64,000 nt of DNA from IMG/VR virus record IMGVR_UViG_3300030333_008604, positions 32,001-96,000 of that record. One strand, given 5' to 3'. Each line of letters starts with the position of its first letter. The first letter of the stretch is position 1. Position numbers and translations under genes: made by a program. Of the stretch, positions 49,401 through 59,039 are shown in pieces. The stretch comes from a virus. The notes beneath the pieces are model-generated. The model worked only from the letters and a program-made list of their open reading frames with translations, did no database searches and had not been told where the DNA came from.

Positions 49401-49902
49401 AGATTTTGTAAAAATTACCACAAGTCCTGGACGAGGTTCGGCCAATATTAACGACATTTTTGATCTTTCGCTTCCGGGGGGCGGCACGGCCGATCTTTCT
49501 AGTGCCGGTTTGGCAAACTTTTTGTCTCCAATGGCGTTAAAAGGAAATTATGGTATTGATCCTGAGTATGTTGAGATGTTGGGCGACTATCCAAACTCAA
49601 GTGCTGAGTTTTATAGTCGCCTTCGGTGGATGACTTTCAAAATTAAACAGCGCGCTCATAAAAATTATGAAATGTACCGTTATAGACACATTGAGAACGC
49701 AATAATGGACAATTTAGACGCCAAGGGAGAGTCCTCTTTGATTACAAATAGTCGTTTCAACCCTGGTGATCAAGCTTCATTGTCTGGAATTAGCCTGGAA
49801 CCTACTTATTTTAGTGACGTATATGGGATGAATTGGCCATATGATTATTTTTCGCTGGTGGAGAAATTAAAAATTGAAGCTGAATTTAAGGTGGACGAAT
49901 AA
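43483..49902 (+). CDS. Large structural protein (2139 aa), function unknown
   Basis: Long ORF with SD (GAGGT) inside the tail module; Ser/Gly/Thr-rich. Confidence 0.8.
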   Translation: MAISGSLNFITASEFGSYLKPGSDANRRFGLDKNDAQLDGSTRNGFIPTDFVGLNTNIHEPFDLNSSFLGYTSSYSIMSYVNVGTDGNDTTKDGSSQGYGGFINVNYQADEAGDLGFSTAYIFNALMLHRNGPYQRPMWQQFRDASHPIARYLRLHNTMSISSKSPWNMADPANKANAPLQQHQWGKHNEHDPTTPKSNYADNFILFQTLDKYSTTVKFYESAVVSNHLPLKYTVNIGDSPAIVRQTLFNELTYFTNEDLNKKLKLSDGKPPNVFDNVNDFYIKRPMEPYRMLQAAKQIDGMRDVTLKERIYPREVNTYRPTTRKKDLYDEVAGTDFKGYDRVSYRTFWRDSQANRARTDDACLNSQGYNQRIPFQDYIARSGSQGDNSLKNYMCSNQYYMSGSVPFVAAGVVTWQRESEHVKYPPSGSSVFGQQREMYQPYQIALNSMWPLDVRSDIYDRPYYLAAVHNSGTHSDFSDGPSVAIGLSPLAPAALMSSRSFAAAVTSSITRSAGELVYSTKPTILYWAQQINATSFVHEGHPTVSGKSADDTAQEVPIARVSGSRARNRGLSVSGDTHTGGLTLGSTGDHPSQYNANFSFTGSSYGSLRDGYHAATASLQFLRHAYPYQTPYWAAHLISERNPMYDSYEDFSQDLYYIGKDYSIVPEFRYSEHYDYYTPRFGMFTSPNLKMFGLDTDKGYKAFKRNYSKLIEPKVNFLTIDGVDLQQTQTDFSSGPQNKYEFKTQFYELDDLDYTSNTLAIVDTPDKSYKAYPQSVEFHGKYTETEPATNFSYLLRLGDNFTDGEETIPSRITLKFMAIKKLLPYNGFYPVSRTVQIGTHLSQAFGSYLTGTNNEDLYTNYPGAALIQASGTLQAARLQALLEPLMAPGLLYNSIKSGIAVNHPIYRSYKDGAPEQEFPMKYFGPRQPNWYGEELGAEDPAVTNVGHSTNRFGFSDKLGQVARHLCISKASSTYGEGIQPHSKAAATPPESATGNYSLEVFTNNMELAANDSHGLHYHADFVGLGHGSMMGVASAMPTFLKVSASFKLPFEALYTPSLLKQAFKSDNDGEVQNASYLPYDFIDEARARELRSTFGETVTNAKLRGAKGSRTSESSWTPLWNPDASFSFGAILGGPVQRTSLKRYQSSMSNFLCETMDFFLEGGDAKFPVIQSNPIYGGIELEPKTYTMDVQLHQAKDHVLCEGPRLASLNTEYGKKHVRAPNTGPDRVTSGSAMMRGALFGPPVQIIEPLKIDETNLRYTYIPNIFKISNDSGPANGDEIRFCVNYHNARFNINSAWDDAVNDTRTGDGDNPGWVTIRFVTNLTSGDITTDNLIEVKIGSTTAETAQRAVNAINGVDLTGADMSDYYKTGADIYAPYGSGHSTYGSLGRAKARGFSATQDSTYPGVYIPPFGILATTGSTSTSWISIWSTIPHPVTRLSGNIGSESSHATAPYIGFDQKDASSSNRMLNSSALTSTSIGWVSGGMPASSLALGTSYLYGAAAGVPWEKLGETQFGYYDSSMKAVNSASSELYYNLQDPAYQAYTPPYFYGPSSAVISFKAEGTTNYKLSEIVSNTRSNSYYFEEYYKDLCPRMPSTGSLSSGSMNRMKIEASVDIWESTKGNEGKNNIFTLKAREDEPEKEGEVWWMAPKWMAPVLDMSEDSVPYRKTTRYQKNGDVLQSDKVTEVVTSSGTQYYGHRTGRSIWMGYGYDPYDEDLIEAVHGEGHEKEKGIWLTVKDVNIGVSGDQATTPGFVTDIGSNTALAATRESAFGNQDTASLGDALGFHDAGSGMTYPLGRMNNAKLVSEAVVAIPYFEKGFQKRVNFPGEHYDSTIYGTVEILPGKHFLRIWNPLFERMLSRLLAQRNAKVKAGVSLQEFYQKFNTSEIAIKEIRKTDLGKMIATLIGDVNAFDPASAPEFEAVSYVLPPEMDFIHNKAVTPFQMLIAPFYQFLDKQDLTNIYQGLMPDCSMRAEKDFVKITTSPGRGSANINDIFDLSLPGGGTADLSSAGLANFLSPMALKGNYGIDPEYVEMLGDYPNSSAEFYSRLRWMTFKIKQRAHKNYEMYRYRHIENAIMDNLDAKGESSLITNSRFNPGDQASLSGISLEPTYFSDVYGMNWPYDYFSLVEKLKIEAEFKVDE

Positions 49903-50888
49903 TGGAGTTTTTTAACAAAAAACAAGACGTAATTGACATACAAATAACTCCTTTTGGGCGACACTTAATGTCTAGGGGCGTTTTCAACCCAGTGTATTAT
50001 TCTTTTCACGATGATGCAGTTCTGTATAACTCTGAAAAGGGGGGCTTTTCTGAGGAACAATCAGACTCCCAGGCCAGAATTAAAGAAACGCCGCTAGTGA
50101 AAAGCGCGACGACATTTTCTTCTCTTGAGAAGAAATTTGCATATCAATATGGCCAAAAAATATTTGAGTCTAAAAAGTTTGATTCGAAAGCGATGCAGCC
50201 AACTTCAGAAAAGATGTACTCGCTCTGGACCTCGATCGGCACCAGCGACCTAAATAGTGATCCCGCGCCAGCAGTGCACCTAACTTTCCTAAAAGGCAAC
50301 ATGAGCGGGTCTTTTTCAAAAACCTGGAATTTAAAAGGCCAGGATGGTGGTATCAATACGCGGCACATTCCACAACTTAAGGCTGATATCGAAATTGAAT
50401 ATAAAAATATATCACCCAATGACGACGCGTTCTACGAGTATGAGACAGGCGTCGGATATGATTTCGCGCTAGTGACCCCACCAAACGAGGCTTATTTTTT
50501 AATAAAAGTGGGCGAAGAATTTGCTCCATATCAAAAAGAAAATTTTGACATTGAAGTTTTTGAAATAGTGGAGAACGAGGCGGGAGATTTGACGGAGCAG
50601 GTCTTGCGACAATTATCTTTTTATCCAAAAGAAACAGAAAACGAAATTTTTAGTTGGTTGGACGAACCCACGCCACAAGACGACCCAAATTACGTTAACC
50701 ATTATTTTGACCTACTTGTAGACTCAGAAATAGACGACAAGATTATATGTTCTCTTGATCCTGTTTCGAAAACAAAGGGTCATTTTGCAGACAGAAAAAC
50801 AGAATTCTGCAACGATCTTCTAGACGACGAGGTCAAAACTTATGATATATACGAAAAAGAAGTTGACGACCCAGGGGAGGTATGCTAG
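49902..50888 (+). CDS. Structural protein (328 aa), N-terminal paralogue of 59068..60216
   Basis: MEFFNKKQDVIDIQITPFGRHLMSRGVF...FHDDAVLY aligns with MAFLDNSGDIILDAVLTDTGRLRLSQGDGSF...LGDDEINY. Confidence 0.7.
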   Translation: MEFFNKKQDVIDIQITPFGRHLMSRGVFNPVYYSFHDDAVLYNSEKGGFSEEQSDSQARIKETPLVKSATTFSSLEKKFAYQYGQKIFESKKFDSKAMQPTSEKMYSLWTSIGTSDLNSDPAPAVHLTFLKGNMSGSFSKTWNLKGQDGGINTRHIPQLKADIEIEYKNISPNDDAFYEYETGVGYDFALVTPPNEAYFLIKVGEEFAPYQKENFDIEVFEIVENEAGDLTEQVLRQLSFYPKETENEIFSWLDEPTPQDDPNYVNHYFDLLVDSEIDDKIICSLDPVSKTKGHFADRKTEFCNDLLDDEVKTYDIYEKEVDDPGEVC

Positions 50889-50891
50889 ACT

Positions 50892-53800
50892 ATGTCAGAC
50901 GCTCTTGATTATTTAGTTGGCGATCTTGTACCTGCAGTTAGGATAAGGAAGATTTTTATTGAAGAATCCTCTAACGAAGATAGGCCAATTCTTGTGCGAG
51001 TCAAGCTGGGGCTTTACATTAAAAAAGATCAACTTTTGGAAAAAAGTTGGCTAGCTAATGTTCCCTTGCCAAGCCCTGACATGGACGCGTCAAATATTTT
51101 AGATGCCATGTTTTTGCGCAAAGCACGTATTTTTGGCCTCTCCAACATCAACAATTTGCGTTATTCTAATCAGGCTGCTATTGAAAATGCGCCAACAGGC
51201 GTACATCGGGCCTCAAACCGAGAAAATAGCGGCGTCTGGATGGGTCATGGCCAAAATCCTCACATTGTTCCCGACCCCAGCGCACCCGTAGGCCCCCATG
51301 ATCTTTCTGGTCATGCCTCTGGATTAAAACACGTTGAAAATCTGGAAGGTGGCCACCAAGGTACCGTCTATGGCGCCGCTGCTGCAAATCAAGTTGAAAT
51401 TGAGGACGTCTCCGTCAAAGTTGGCTCTATCGCCGGCAATCTCAACGTTTCGGCGCTTGATACTGCCGGCACGGCTCAGGATGTGCTAGGCCCACAAGTC
51501 GCCGAGGGCAAGATATTTGAAGAAGTGAAAAATGGCGTAATGTATTACGTAATTCCATTTGAAGATACATATACTCTGCGCGAAGGTTTTAACGAAAATG
51601 GAGATAAGCACCTTTCTGAAAGAATCGCTCATGAATATTTTGGCGTTGCTTATTATTGCTATCTTGATGTCAATAGTATTCTAGATCTTGGACTAGACGA
51701 GTCAGTTATACAGGGCCAGGCAACGTCTGCGATTGTCTTTAGAGACGGCCAAATACCACAGACGCGACAGGTGTTGCGCGATGAAAATGGAAAAGTGCAT
51801 CATGGCGATTGGCATTTCCATTTTCCTCCTTATGCGGCCGTCGACCAAATTGGCTTGTCCGGTCCCGCACCTGATGGATACATCGGATACATGGCAGGGA
51901 GATCACACGTAGGTTCTCGCTACCAACCAAAACTAACTCTTGTAGATTCGCCAAATTATTTAATCACGAATGCTCGAAACAGAATAAACGAAATTAAATT
52001 GGCTAGTGGTGTCTTTTCTGGTGTGCCTGGTAGCGTCTTCCAGACAAAACCATCAGCACTTACGGGAGTTTCTGTTAGTGTGTCAGATTTGCAGACAAAA
52101 GCTGGAGAAATTTCGAAAACAGCCACTGCAGCGGTCGCAGCCACTCTTGCTGAAGCCGGGGGTGTTGGAGCGTCTGCTACTCATCCTGCCGGCACAAGTG
52201 GCTTCGCCGGTCCTTTTGGCATGACACCGTGGGAAAAATCAAATAAAAGAAATATAGTAAAAGATAACGATGCCGAATTTTCTAAATTATATCTTGCAAG
52301 AAGTGTTAGAAACGAAGCCAGGGGCTTCTTTTATATAGACGTGGCCACTCTACTAAAAAACCAGTCAAAACTTTTTAAAAACTTTGGCGCTCGAATTCAA
52401 AATAATTTTGATAATAATCTCACATCGGAGGTCTGGAAACGAAGCAAGATTTTAGAACTTCGTCTATACAGAGAGCGCGTCGAATTCAAAAAAGGCACAG
52501 AAGATTTATATAAAAAGTTCTTACAATACAAACCAGAAGAAGAACCTAAAAAGCTGATTGGCACGTTAACTCAAGTTGGAATCGGGGGCCTCGGCGGCAC
52601 AGTTGAGGGGGCAACATCCTGGAGCGCCTTTGTACCCGAAAGCGTCAACGGTGACAAGTTTTACATAAACGCTACACACGTTCATGCTGAAAATCTCGCT
52701 CCAGGCGCGCGACCGCTATATGTTACTTTTCACGACCGCGAAGTAGATGGGTTTGCTTCTGGTCTTTATATGTACAGCGTCGAGGTGGACTTTCAGGACG
52801 GCACTCCACAATTTCTTCACGAGCATTTGCAAGAGTTATTACAAATCAGGCTCACGTTGAGTCAATATTTAGAATTTTCCAAGGGGTCAAAGGGCACAGT
52901 TATTGCAACTTTTGATCCTAATGGTGAAAGCATAGACAAGAGGCGAAACATACCGTGGTATAACAGGCATATTCGCGAATTTAGGCCTGATTTCCCTGCA
53001 GAGATTGAATCTATAAATAAAAATGCACCAATGTTCAGAATTAATGAACAGCCAGTATGGCAAGCAGCTGCACAAAAAATAGTCGACTTGCTCAATCTTT
53101 TTGTTGATACCGGTGTTAAAGCCGGCCTCAGCGCTCAAATGACTCAAGGTGATCTAGACGCCAGCATGTCGGATCTAGCGAATTATCTGGCAGCGATAGC
53201 GTCTCCCTACATGGAGGGCAGCCCAGAAGGTATTCAATATTTGCTAGCTATGGCTGACGAAACATACGAACGATTGTCCAAGCTTTTGCGCGCCCACGAG
53301 ACAGCAAGTGAGTCGAGCGGCGGCGGAGTCGGCACAGGAGACATCAGTACCCCTAACCAGCTTTCAGTACTGCCAGAAGATTTTTATCAAGTGGCAATAA
53401 ATCCGGCAAGGTCAATTATTTATGAAAAACACGAATTCGACGGCCCTGGAGAGTGTTTTCGCGCAGTAACAAATGAATATGCGTACGTAGACTTTCTATC
53501 TTTAGACGAAGAAATTGATATATCTCCAACGTATACCTCAATTCCAGGAATCGATGCCGGCGACGGTCTTTTGACATTGACGCCCGCGTACTATATGGCT
53601 CGATGTCGCATGGATAGCGCAAAAATGTCTATTTTTGCTGTAAAAGACATATGGTGGGAAGCAAAAGGCGACATGGGCACCAATTTTACAGGCAACATAC
53701 ACCCTTACGCTAAACAGTATTACAACGCCCAAGGTATGGGGTCTGACGACGGCGCCTTAGAGGAAGTTGGTCAAGATAATTGGGATAGTCTGTCTCGCAC

Positions 53801-55844
53801 AGGTTATTCATATTTGACTCCTTCGATAATCAACATATCAGACCCCGGATCAGGAGATAATGCTTATTCTTTTAGATATTCTGTTTTTCGCGAAAATGTA
53901 ACAGACTGGCTCCGAGGTTTTAACGAGACCTATGCCCTCAAAAACCTGGCTAAGAACATGGACAACGAAGATCTTATGCAGAACTGGGCTCTTCAGTATT
54001 TGCAATATTCCCCTTTGTGGAAACAAGATTTTTATGATTTTGGATATCAAGACGATGTGCTCCTGTCTATGATACTTTACAGCAACGACACAGCAGAACA
54101 AAATTATATAGATATGGCAAATCCTAATTTTGACATAAGCAAATGGGACGAGTTTAAAGAAGAGCCCGACATGCTCCCCGGCGCTCAAAAATATTATAAT
54201 TCAAAAGGGTTGTATAATAGCTTTTTTAGCTCTCACAATATTGTAGTTCATAGTGAGGCAGCCTATAATGATATTTTTCTCAAAGAAGCTGGAGCGACAC
54301 CGTTTCTTTCTGAATCCATGGAGACTTGGAGAAACGAACAATATGGCAAAACCGGGGCATATTTTTCAGACGCAGGCTTGGAAACGCAAGTCTTGTTTAA
54401 GAATCTTATAGCAAATCCAGACTATGGCACTGTTTTTACTAAGGTACCGCGCGGCAACCATGAGCCCTACAACACCTCTGGAATCCCCATGTACTTGACT
54501 CAAGGCGGCTGGAGTGGATACGTAGGGGAAGACCAATGGCTTGGAGGCTACGCGACAGATCAAGGCGATACTATTAAAGAATGGGGCCCCATGACCGGCT
54601 ATAATGAAATGCTTCCTAATCAGTTTAAACTTTGGTATGCTTTCAAAAAATATATGGCGAGACTTGATAATAAAAATAATCCTGGAGCATTTCTTGCCGG
54701 CATGGCCGGCTCGCAGGATGGAAGAACAATTACTCTATTGACAGACGTATACATCCAAGGCCTGGCAGTTGGCGATACCTGGGTTTCAATGCTTCCTGAC
54801 GCGTACGTCGAAGGCGCAGATGTTGTCAAACCTGATCAGCACGCAAATGGCTTTAAGTTTCTAAATTTTAATATGACAGCTAAAATCGAAGTATTTACTG
54901 GATATGGAGAAATGGAAACAATATGCTCTACAACTGGCCGGGTAATAAAAATGCACGCCGCGCAGGATGATAGATGGGCGCTGCTAACAACAGAAAGGCT
55001 CCGAGGCGCTTCAATGGGAAGCTATACCACAGCAGCGGGGGGCTCTGGTGTTGCTGATGCTGATTTTATTCACCCTCTTTTGTGTAGAATAAGCTATTTT
55101 GATCCCACTTTGGTTGGAAATGTTGAAAATATTCCGGTTTTAAACAGCTATTTCTTTATTGATAAAAGTGGTGCTCCTGTACCACCCTATGTGGAGCCTG
55201 ATTTCGGTGATTTGTACGATCAAAGTCCAGAAGAATGGTATGGCGAAAATCACGAAGAAGTTGAAGAATGGATCACCATGTTAGAAAAAGGCCAACAATC
55301 AGAAGGTCAAGCAACTGGAGAAATGGGCGCTTTTATGGACATGGGCGAAAACCAAGGTGGCGGAACTTCTCTGGGTGTTGGAATCGACATTTTTGGCGGC
55401 GGCGAGCCCGATCCCGATGCCGGCACCGGCACCGGAGTCGGGATACCCGTTATACCAACTGATGGCACGCCCGGCGGAGGTATGGGCGGTCCTGGCGGAG
55501 GCCCGTTTGGCGGCTTGATATGGCCAGTTGGCAACCCGGCTGGAGGCGGTGGAGTTGGCCCCGCTGGTAGCCCTGCTGGTCCGACAGGAATGCAAGGAAT
55601 GGATATGGGCGGCGACACCGGTGGCGGCGCTGAGGGGATTTCAACAGCACTTATCGGCGCTGGCCTTCTTATGGCAATGGGTCAAGCCAATATGGGCGTC
55701 GGAGCCGACGGTGGTGGCTTAGCAACAGAAGGCGTGGGTATGGATGCCGGAGGCACCGATTTAGACGCTGCTGGAACAGGAATGCAGGGCGCAGCAGCTA
55801 CTATGGCTGGATTTGGACAAAACAACAACGACGCTGGCTATTAG
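50892..55844 (+). CDS. Large structural protein (1650 aa) with Gly/Met-rich low-complexity C-terminus
   Basis: Long ORF with GGGGAGG SD; last ~170 aa dominated by G, M, A and P. Confidence 0.78.
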   Translation: MSDALDYLVGDLVPAVRIRKIFIEESSNEDRPILVRVKLGLYIKKDQLLEKSWLANVPLPSPDMDASNILDAMFLRKARIFGLSNINNLRYSNQAAIENAPTGVHRASNRENSGVWMGHGQNPHIVPDPSAPVGPHDLSGHASGLKHVENLEGGHQGTVYGAAAANQVEIEDVSVKVGSIAGNLNVSALDTAGTAQDVLGPQVAEGKIFEEVKNGVMYYVIPFEDTYTLREGFNENGDKHLSERIAHEYFGVAYYCYLDVNSILDLGLDESVIQGQATSAIVFRDGQIPQTRQVLRDENGKVHHGDWHFHFPPYAAVDQIGLSGPAPDGYIGYMAGRSHVGSRYQPKLTLVDSPNYLITNARNRINEIKLASGVFSGVPGSVFQTKPSALTGVSVSVSDLQTKAGEISKTATAAVAATLAEAGGVGASATHPAGTSGFAGPFGMTPWEKSNKRNIVKDNDAEFSKLYLARSVRNEARGFFYIDVATLLKNQSKLFKNFGARIQNNFDNNLTSEVWKRSKILELRLYRERVEFKKGTEDLYKKFLQYKPEEEPKKLIGTLTQVGIGGLGGTVEGATSWSAFVPESVNGDKFYINATHVHAENLAPGARPLYVTFHDREVDGFASGLYMYSVEVDFQDGTPQFLHEHLQELLQIRLTLSQYLEFSKGSKGTVIATFDPNGESIDKRRNIPWYNRHIREFRPDFPAEIESINKNAPMFRINEQPVWQAAAQKIVDLLNLFVDTGVKAGLSAQMTQGDLDASMSDLANYLAAIASPYMEGSPEGIQYLLAMADETYERLSKLLRAHETASESSGGGVGTGDISTPNQLSVLPEDFYQVAINPARSIIYEKHEFDGPGECFRAVTNEYAYVDFLSLDEEIDISPTYTSIPGIDAGDGLLTLTPAYYMARCRMDSAKMSIFAVKDIWWEAKGDMGTNFTGNIHPYAKQYYNAQGMGSDDGALEEVGQDNWDSLSRTGYSYLTPSIINISDPGSGDNAYSFRYSVFRENVTDWLRGFNETYALKNLAKNMDNEDLMQNWALQYLQYSPLWKQDFYDFGYQDDVLLSMILYSNDTAEQNYIDMANPNFDISKWDEFKEEPDMLPGAQKYYNSKGLYNSFFSSHNIVVHSEAAYNDIFLKEAGATPFLSESMETWRNEQYGKTGAYFSDAGLETQVLFKNLIANPDYGTVFTKVPRGNHEPYNTSGIPMYLTQGGWSGYVGEDQWLGGYATDQGDTIKEWGPMTGYNEMLPNQFKLWYAFKKYMARLDNKNNPGAFLAGMAGSQDGRTITLLTDVYIQGLAVGDTWVSMLPDAYVEGADVVKPDQHANGFKFLNFNMTAKIEVFTGYGEMETICSTTGRVIKMHAAQDDRWALLTTERLRGASMGSYTTAAGGSGVADADFIHPLLCRISYFDPTLVGNVENIPVLNSYFFIDKSGAPVPPYVEPDFGDLYDQSPEEWYGENHEEVEEWITMLEKGQQSEGQATGEMGAFMDMGENQGGGTSLGVGIDIFGGGEPDPDAGTGTGVGIPVIPTDGTPGGGMGGPGGGPFGGLIWPVGNPAGGGGVGPAGSPAGPTGMQGMDMGGDTGGGAEGISTALIGAGLLMAMGQANMGVGADGGGLATEGVGMDAGGTDLDAAGTGMQGAAATMAGFGQNNNDAGY

Positions 55845-55860
55845 AAGTAGGAGATGAAGA

Positions 55861-58800
55861 ATGTCTAGTGGCAACATAATCGGAAAAAACAAAATAATGG
55901 TTACAGACACCTCCTATGGCGCTCTTCCCGGCGAAGAGTGGTGGCAGCATGGTCCTGGTATTCATTTGCGCAAAAACCCTGCTACTGGTTATTCGTACGA
56001 TGACGACAACCCTGCCAAGGACCAAGCTCAAGGTTCTGATTCTGTAAATCATCTAGCTTCAAACGCCGGCTCTCCAGCGGGCTTGTTTACTCAAGACCGC
56101 TTGCGATGCGCTCTTGGAGCTAGTTGGTCTAACAGGTCATCAACGCCAAGAAGTTTGCATCATTATCCGGATGGCGAACCGCCCCTCGGGTGGAATAGCG
56201 ATCCTAATACTGAATACACTTTTGATAATTTACGAGGCGCCTGGAAAGACTCTGCTATTTTGACAAATACACCTGGCGGTTCTTATGGCGATAAATATAG
56301 GGTTTTCTATGGTAAAACTTTGGGCCTTATTTTTTGTAGCGATAAGACATCTTTAAGTGGTGCCCCTCAAGGTTTATTAGAACCCAACCCGAACGATTCA
56401 ATTTGGGAAACAACTAATGCATTTTGGCTGGAAAACAATGTCCTAACAACAAGAACAGTTGAAATAACAGCCAAAATTGAAATAAATGAAAGCGCCGCTT
56501 ATAGTTACTGGTGGCCAAGATCTGACGAATCAGAAGGCATCGAGCGATGGAAGCGTTTAATTCGAAGTGGCAAGGATATGGCTGATGGTACGTATTATCC
56601 GCCAATTATTGATGATACAAAAGTGTACAAAGATCACTATCACGAGTGTTCATACCCCTTTACAAAAAGTGAAATAAAAAACAACAACATCACCGGAAAG
56701 AGCTTGATGGCAGATGTCACAACTTATTATGACAGCGTGATGGGCTATTCCGGAGGCTCAGGTGGTGCGACACTGGTGCACCCCGATCTTCAATCTTCGG
56801 TGATACCTAGATTTTATGAAAATTCAATTGCTAAGGGCGGCACGTTTTTTAGTACTTGCTTGCCTAATATTTATGGATTTTTGAGCCTGGTGAACGGAGA
56901 GTTTGATCTTGAGAAATTTTATTCCCAAATTTCAGGAATTTCTCATGGCTCACATCCCGATGGCTACCAAACAATGGATTACGCTGACGAGTGGTACCCT
57001 TTTGTACGAGATTTTCCTTTTGAGATGTTGATTACTCTTGGTGGCCTTGTTGACAAAACAGCGATCCAGTCTGTCTTAGCGTCGAACTCCAATAATACAG
57101 CTATTGACTCATATTTTGAAGATTATTTTAATAACCTGGCTTATTGGTTTTCAACTTCGCAATCATCTCCCGACATAAAGGAAGATTTTAATTATTATAA
57201 GAAGATTTTGTTGGAGTCTAAATTTAAAAATATTATATTCAGCAGCGGCATGATGCCAACAATGAATATGGTGAACAAATATAAAAAATATTTTCCATTT
57301 TATTCAGAATTGCAGTTTTCTACTCAAACACTGACCGGCGTCGGGGATATGATGGGCAAAATGCTTCAAACAAGTCTGTTTGCTACAAAAATAGCTGAAT
57401 CAAATTCTTCTAATGTTTGCGCTCGCTGGCACCACGAAGATTCTCAAAATATAGTTATAACATTTCCTAATTCCGCCACCGTCGGCACATTTGTAAATCA
57501 CTATCAGCAGGACATATATAGTGACTTTTCTACTGCGACTCCTGTTTACAGCTCTGGCGATTTAGTAACATCAACTAACAAAGTTTATGATATTTTTAGC
57601 ATACTCGCAGGCCCCAACGGCGTAATCGAAAGTGACGATTACTATGCCGAGCCCGATATCGAAACTCAAGCAGGAAGAGATAGTATAAAAAACTTTACTG
57701 CATACTTGAGAGACGAAAAAAGCGAGGCTTCAACTCCTTCTGAACTAAATAATGCTATTCGAACTTTCTTGGGCAAGGGATTTGGAGCCTACTTGGTGAA
57801 GAAATATAAAGAAAATTATCGTGACTATGAAGACATACTTAAAGGCGTTCCAGCCTACACTGAAGATGTTTTTTATAGAATCGAGAAGTGGGAAAAATTT
57901 GTCAGCCAGTCAGATGATGAGTGGAAGCACGTTTCCAACACGATCGTACCAAATACCTCTGATTTAAATTTATTTAAATATGTCGATACGCAAGTAAAAT
58001 ACGGAGGAGACACACAACATTATGAAGGTACTGTATATCGTTATAATGTTTATGTTTATAGGCTTGTTTTTGGCGCAAAATACAAATATATGTGGCCAGG
58101 CGGCAACCCAATTGGCAAAACAGTAACAAACAGAAATGCTATAGATTATGCGACCTATCATGCCACGTGTGACGTACTCGTCGCACCCGACTTGGTAATG
58201 ATTGAGGACTTGTACTTCGCATCACCCGTTGTTTCAGTTCTGGATTCTCCTCCTCCTCCTCCGCAAGTAAACATAGTCCCGTTCAGGGCTGTTGATAACA
58301 AGCTTTTGTTTATGATGAATGGCTCCGTTGACACATATCAAGATCACCCAATTTCTATTTTGCCGGCCGACGATTCTGCTTGGCAGAAAGTAAGAGAATC
58401 TCAGCTAACATCTACGGAGATTTATGTCGATCCGCTTAGTGATGGTACTTATATTGGAGGCCCTAAAATTCAAGCGTCACAAAAGGGGAAAGTTAAATTT
58501 TCTTCAGATGATGTCGCAAGCAGCTTTCAGATTTTTAGATCTTCTACGCCTCCCAAGAGCTATAGAGATTTCGACTTGTATGTGGACAATCTAAACGAAA
58601 ATACGTTCATAGAAGAGAATATTTTTCCAAATAGAAAATATTATTACACATTTAGGTCAATTGACAGTCATGGTCACATGTCGAACCCTACAGCAATTTA
58701 TGAGGTTGAGTTAATATCTGAGCAGGGCGCTGTAAAGCCCAAGATAAGACATTATATGTTTCCCGAGCATGCTGCTGAAACCCCTGCAAAGGGTTGTCAA

Positions 58801-59016
58801 AAATATATTTATATAAAACCTTCCCTAAAGCAGATATACTCTAAGGAAAAGACAGAAGATTTAGACTATATGTTTACTGAGCCTCCGTATGGTGATGCCG
58901 ACGGAGTAGAAGACCCTAACTCAAAAAGAAGATTCAAGATTCGTCTAACATCTAAGAGCACTGGAAAGAAAATTGATTTGAACGTCGCTTTTGTGAAAAA
59001 AGCGCACTTAACTTAA
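55861..59016 (+). CDS. Large structural protein (1051 aa) with C-terminal fibronectin-III-like segments
   Basis: AGGAG SD; FYRIEK...YVDTQVKY...YRYNVY and SPPPPPQV...FQIFRS...PNRKYYYTFRSID..G..S FN3-like patterns. Confidence 0.72.
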   Translation: MSSGNIIGKNKIMVTDTSYGALPGEEWWQHGPGIHLRKNPATGYSYDDDNPAKDQAQGSDSVNHLASNAGSPAGLFTQDRLRCALGASWSNRSSTPRSLHHYPDGEPPLGWNSDPNTEYTFDNLRGAWKDSAILTNTPGGSYGDKYRVFYGKTLGLIFCSDKTSLSGAPQGLLEPNPNDSIWETTNAFWLENNVLTTRTVEITAKIEINESAAYSYWWPRSDESEGIERWKRLIRSGKDMADGTYYPPIIDDTKVYKDHYHECSYPFTKSEIKNNNITGKSLMADVTTYYDSVMGYSGGSGGATLVHPDLQSSVIPRFYENSIAKGGTFFSTCLPNIYGFLSLVNGEFDLEKFYSQISGISHGSHPDGYQTMDYADEWYPFVRDFPFEMLITLGGLVDKTAIQSVLASNSNNTAIDSYFEDYFNNLAYWFSTSQSSPDIKEDFNYYKKILLESKFKNIIFSSGMMPTMNMVNKYKKYFPFYSELQFSTQTLTGVGDMMGKMLQTSLFATKIAESNSSNVCARWHHEDSQNIVITFPNSATVGTFVNHYQQDIYSDFSTATPVYSSGDLVTSTNKVYDIFSILAGPNGVIESDDYYAEPDIETQAGRDSIKNFTAYLRDEKSEASTPSELNNAIRTFLGKGFGAYLVKKYKENYRDYEDILKGVPAYTEDVFYRIEKWEKFVSQSDDEWKHVSNTIVPNTSDLNLFKYVDTQVKYGGDTQHYEGTVYRYNVYVYRLVFGAKYKYMWPGGNPIGKTVTNRNAIDYATYHATCDVLVAPDLVMIEDLYFASPVVSVLDSPPPPPQVNIVPFRAVDNKLLFMMNGSVDTYQDHPISILPADDSAWQKVRESQLTSTEIYVDPLSDGTYIGGPKIQASQKGKVKFSSDDVASSFQIFRSSTPPKSYRDFDLYVDNLNENTFIEENIFPNRKYYYTFRSIDSHGHMSNPTAIYEVELISEQGAVKPKIRHYMFPEHAAETPAKGCQKYIYIKPSLKQIYSKEKTEDLDYMFTEPPYGDADGVEDPNSKRRFKIRLTSKSTGKKIDLNVAFVKKAHLT

Positions 59017-59039
59017 TAAAACATAAACAAAATTATTGA

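Noticed and set aside
50886-50894. In-frame TAG-ACT-ATG junction suggesting readthrough or TAG recoding
   Set aside because: The downstream gene has its own strong SD (GGGGAGG), other TAG stops end genes cleanly, and long ORFs are intact in the standard code.
58246-58263. (CCT)n microsatellite
   Set aside because: Only encodes a short polyproline linker (SPPPPP); too short and in-frame for phase variation.
58986-59004. Hairpin CGCTTTT-GTGAA-AAAAGCG as a terminator
   Set aside because: Lies inside the coding sequence, has a weak AT-rich stem and no following U tract.
16919-59016. Inteins, introns or diversity-generating retroelement repeats in the giant ORFs
   Set aside because: No intein splice motifs, homing endonuclease or reverse transcriptase motifs, or long near-identical repeats noticed by eye; a self dot-plot would be needed to exclude them fully.
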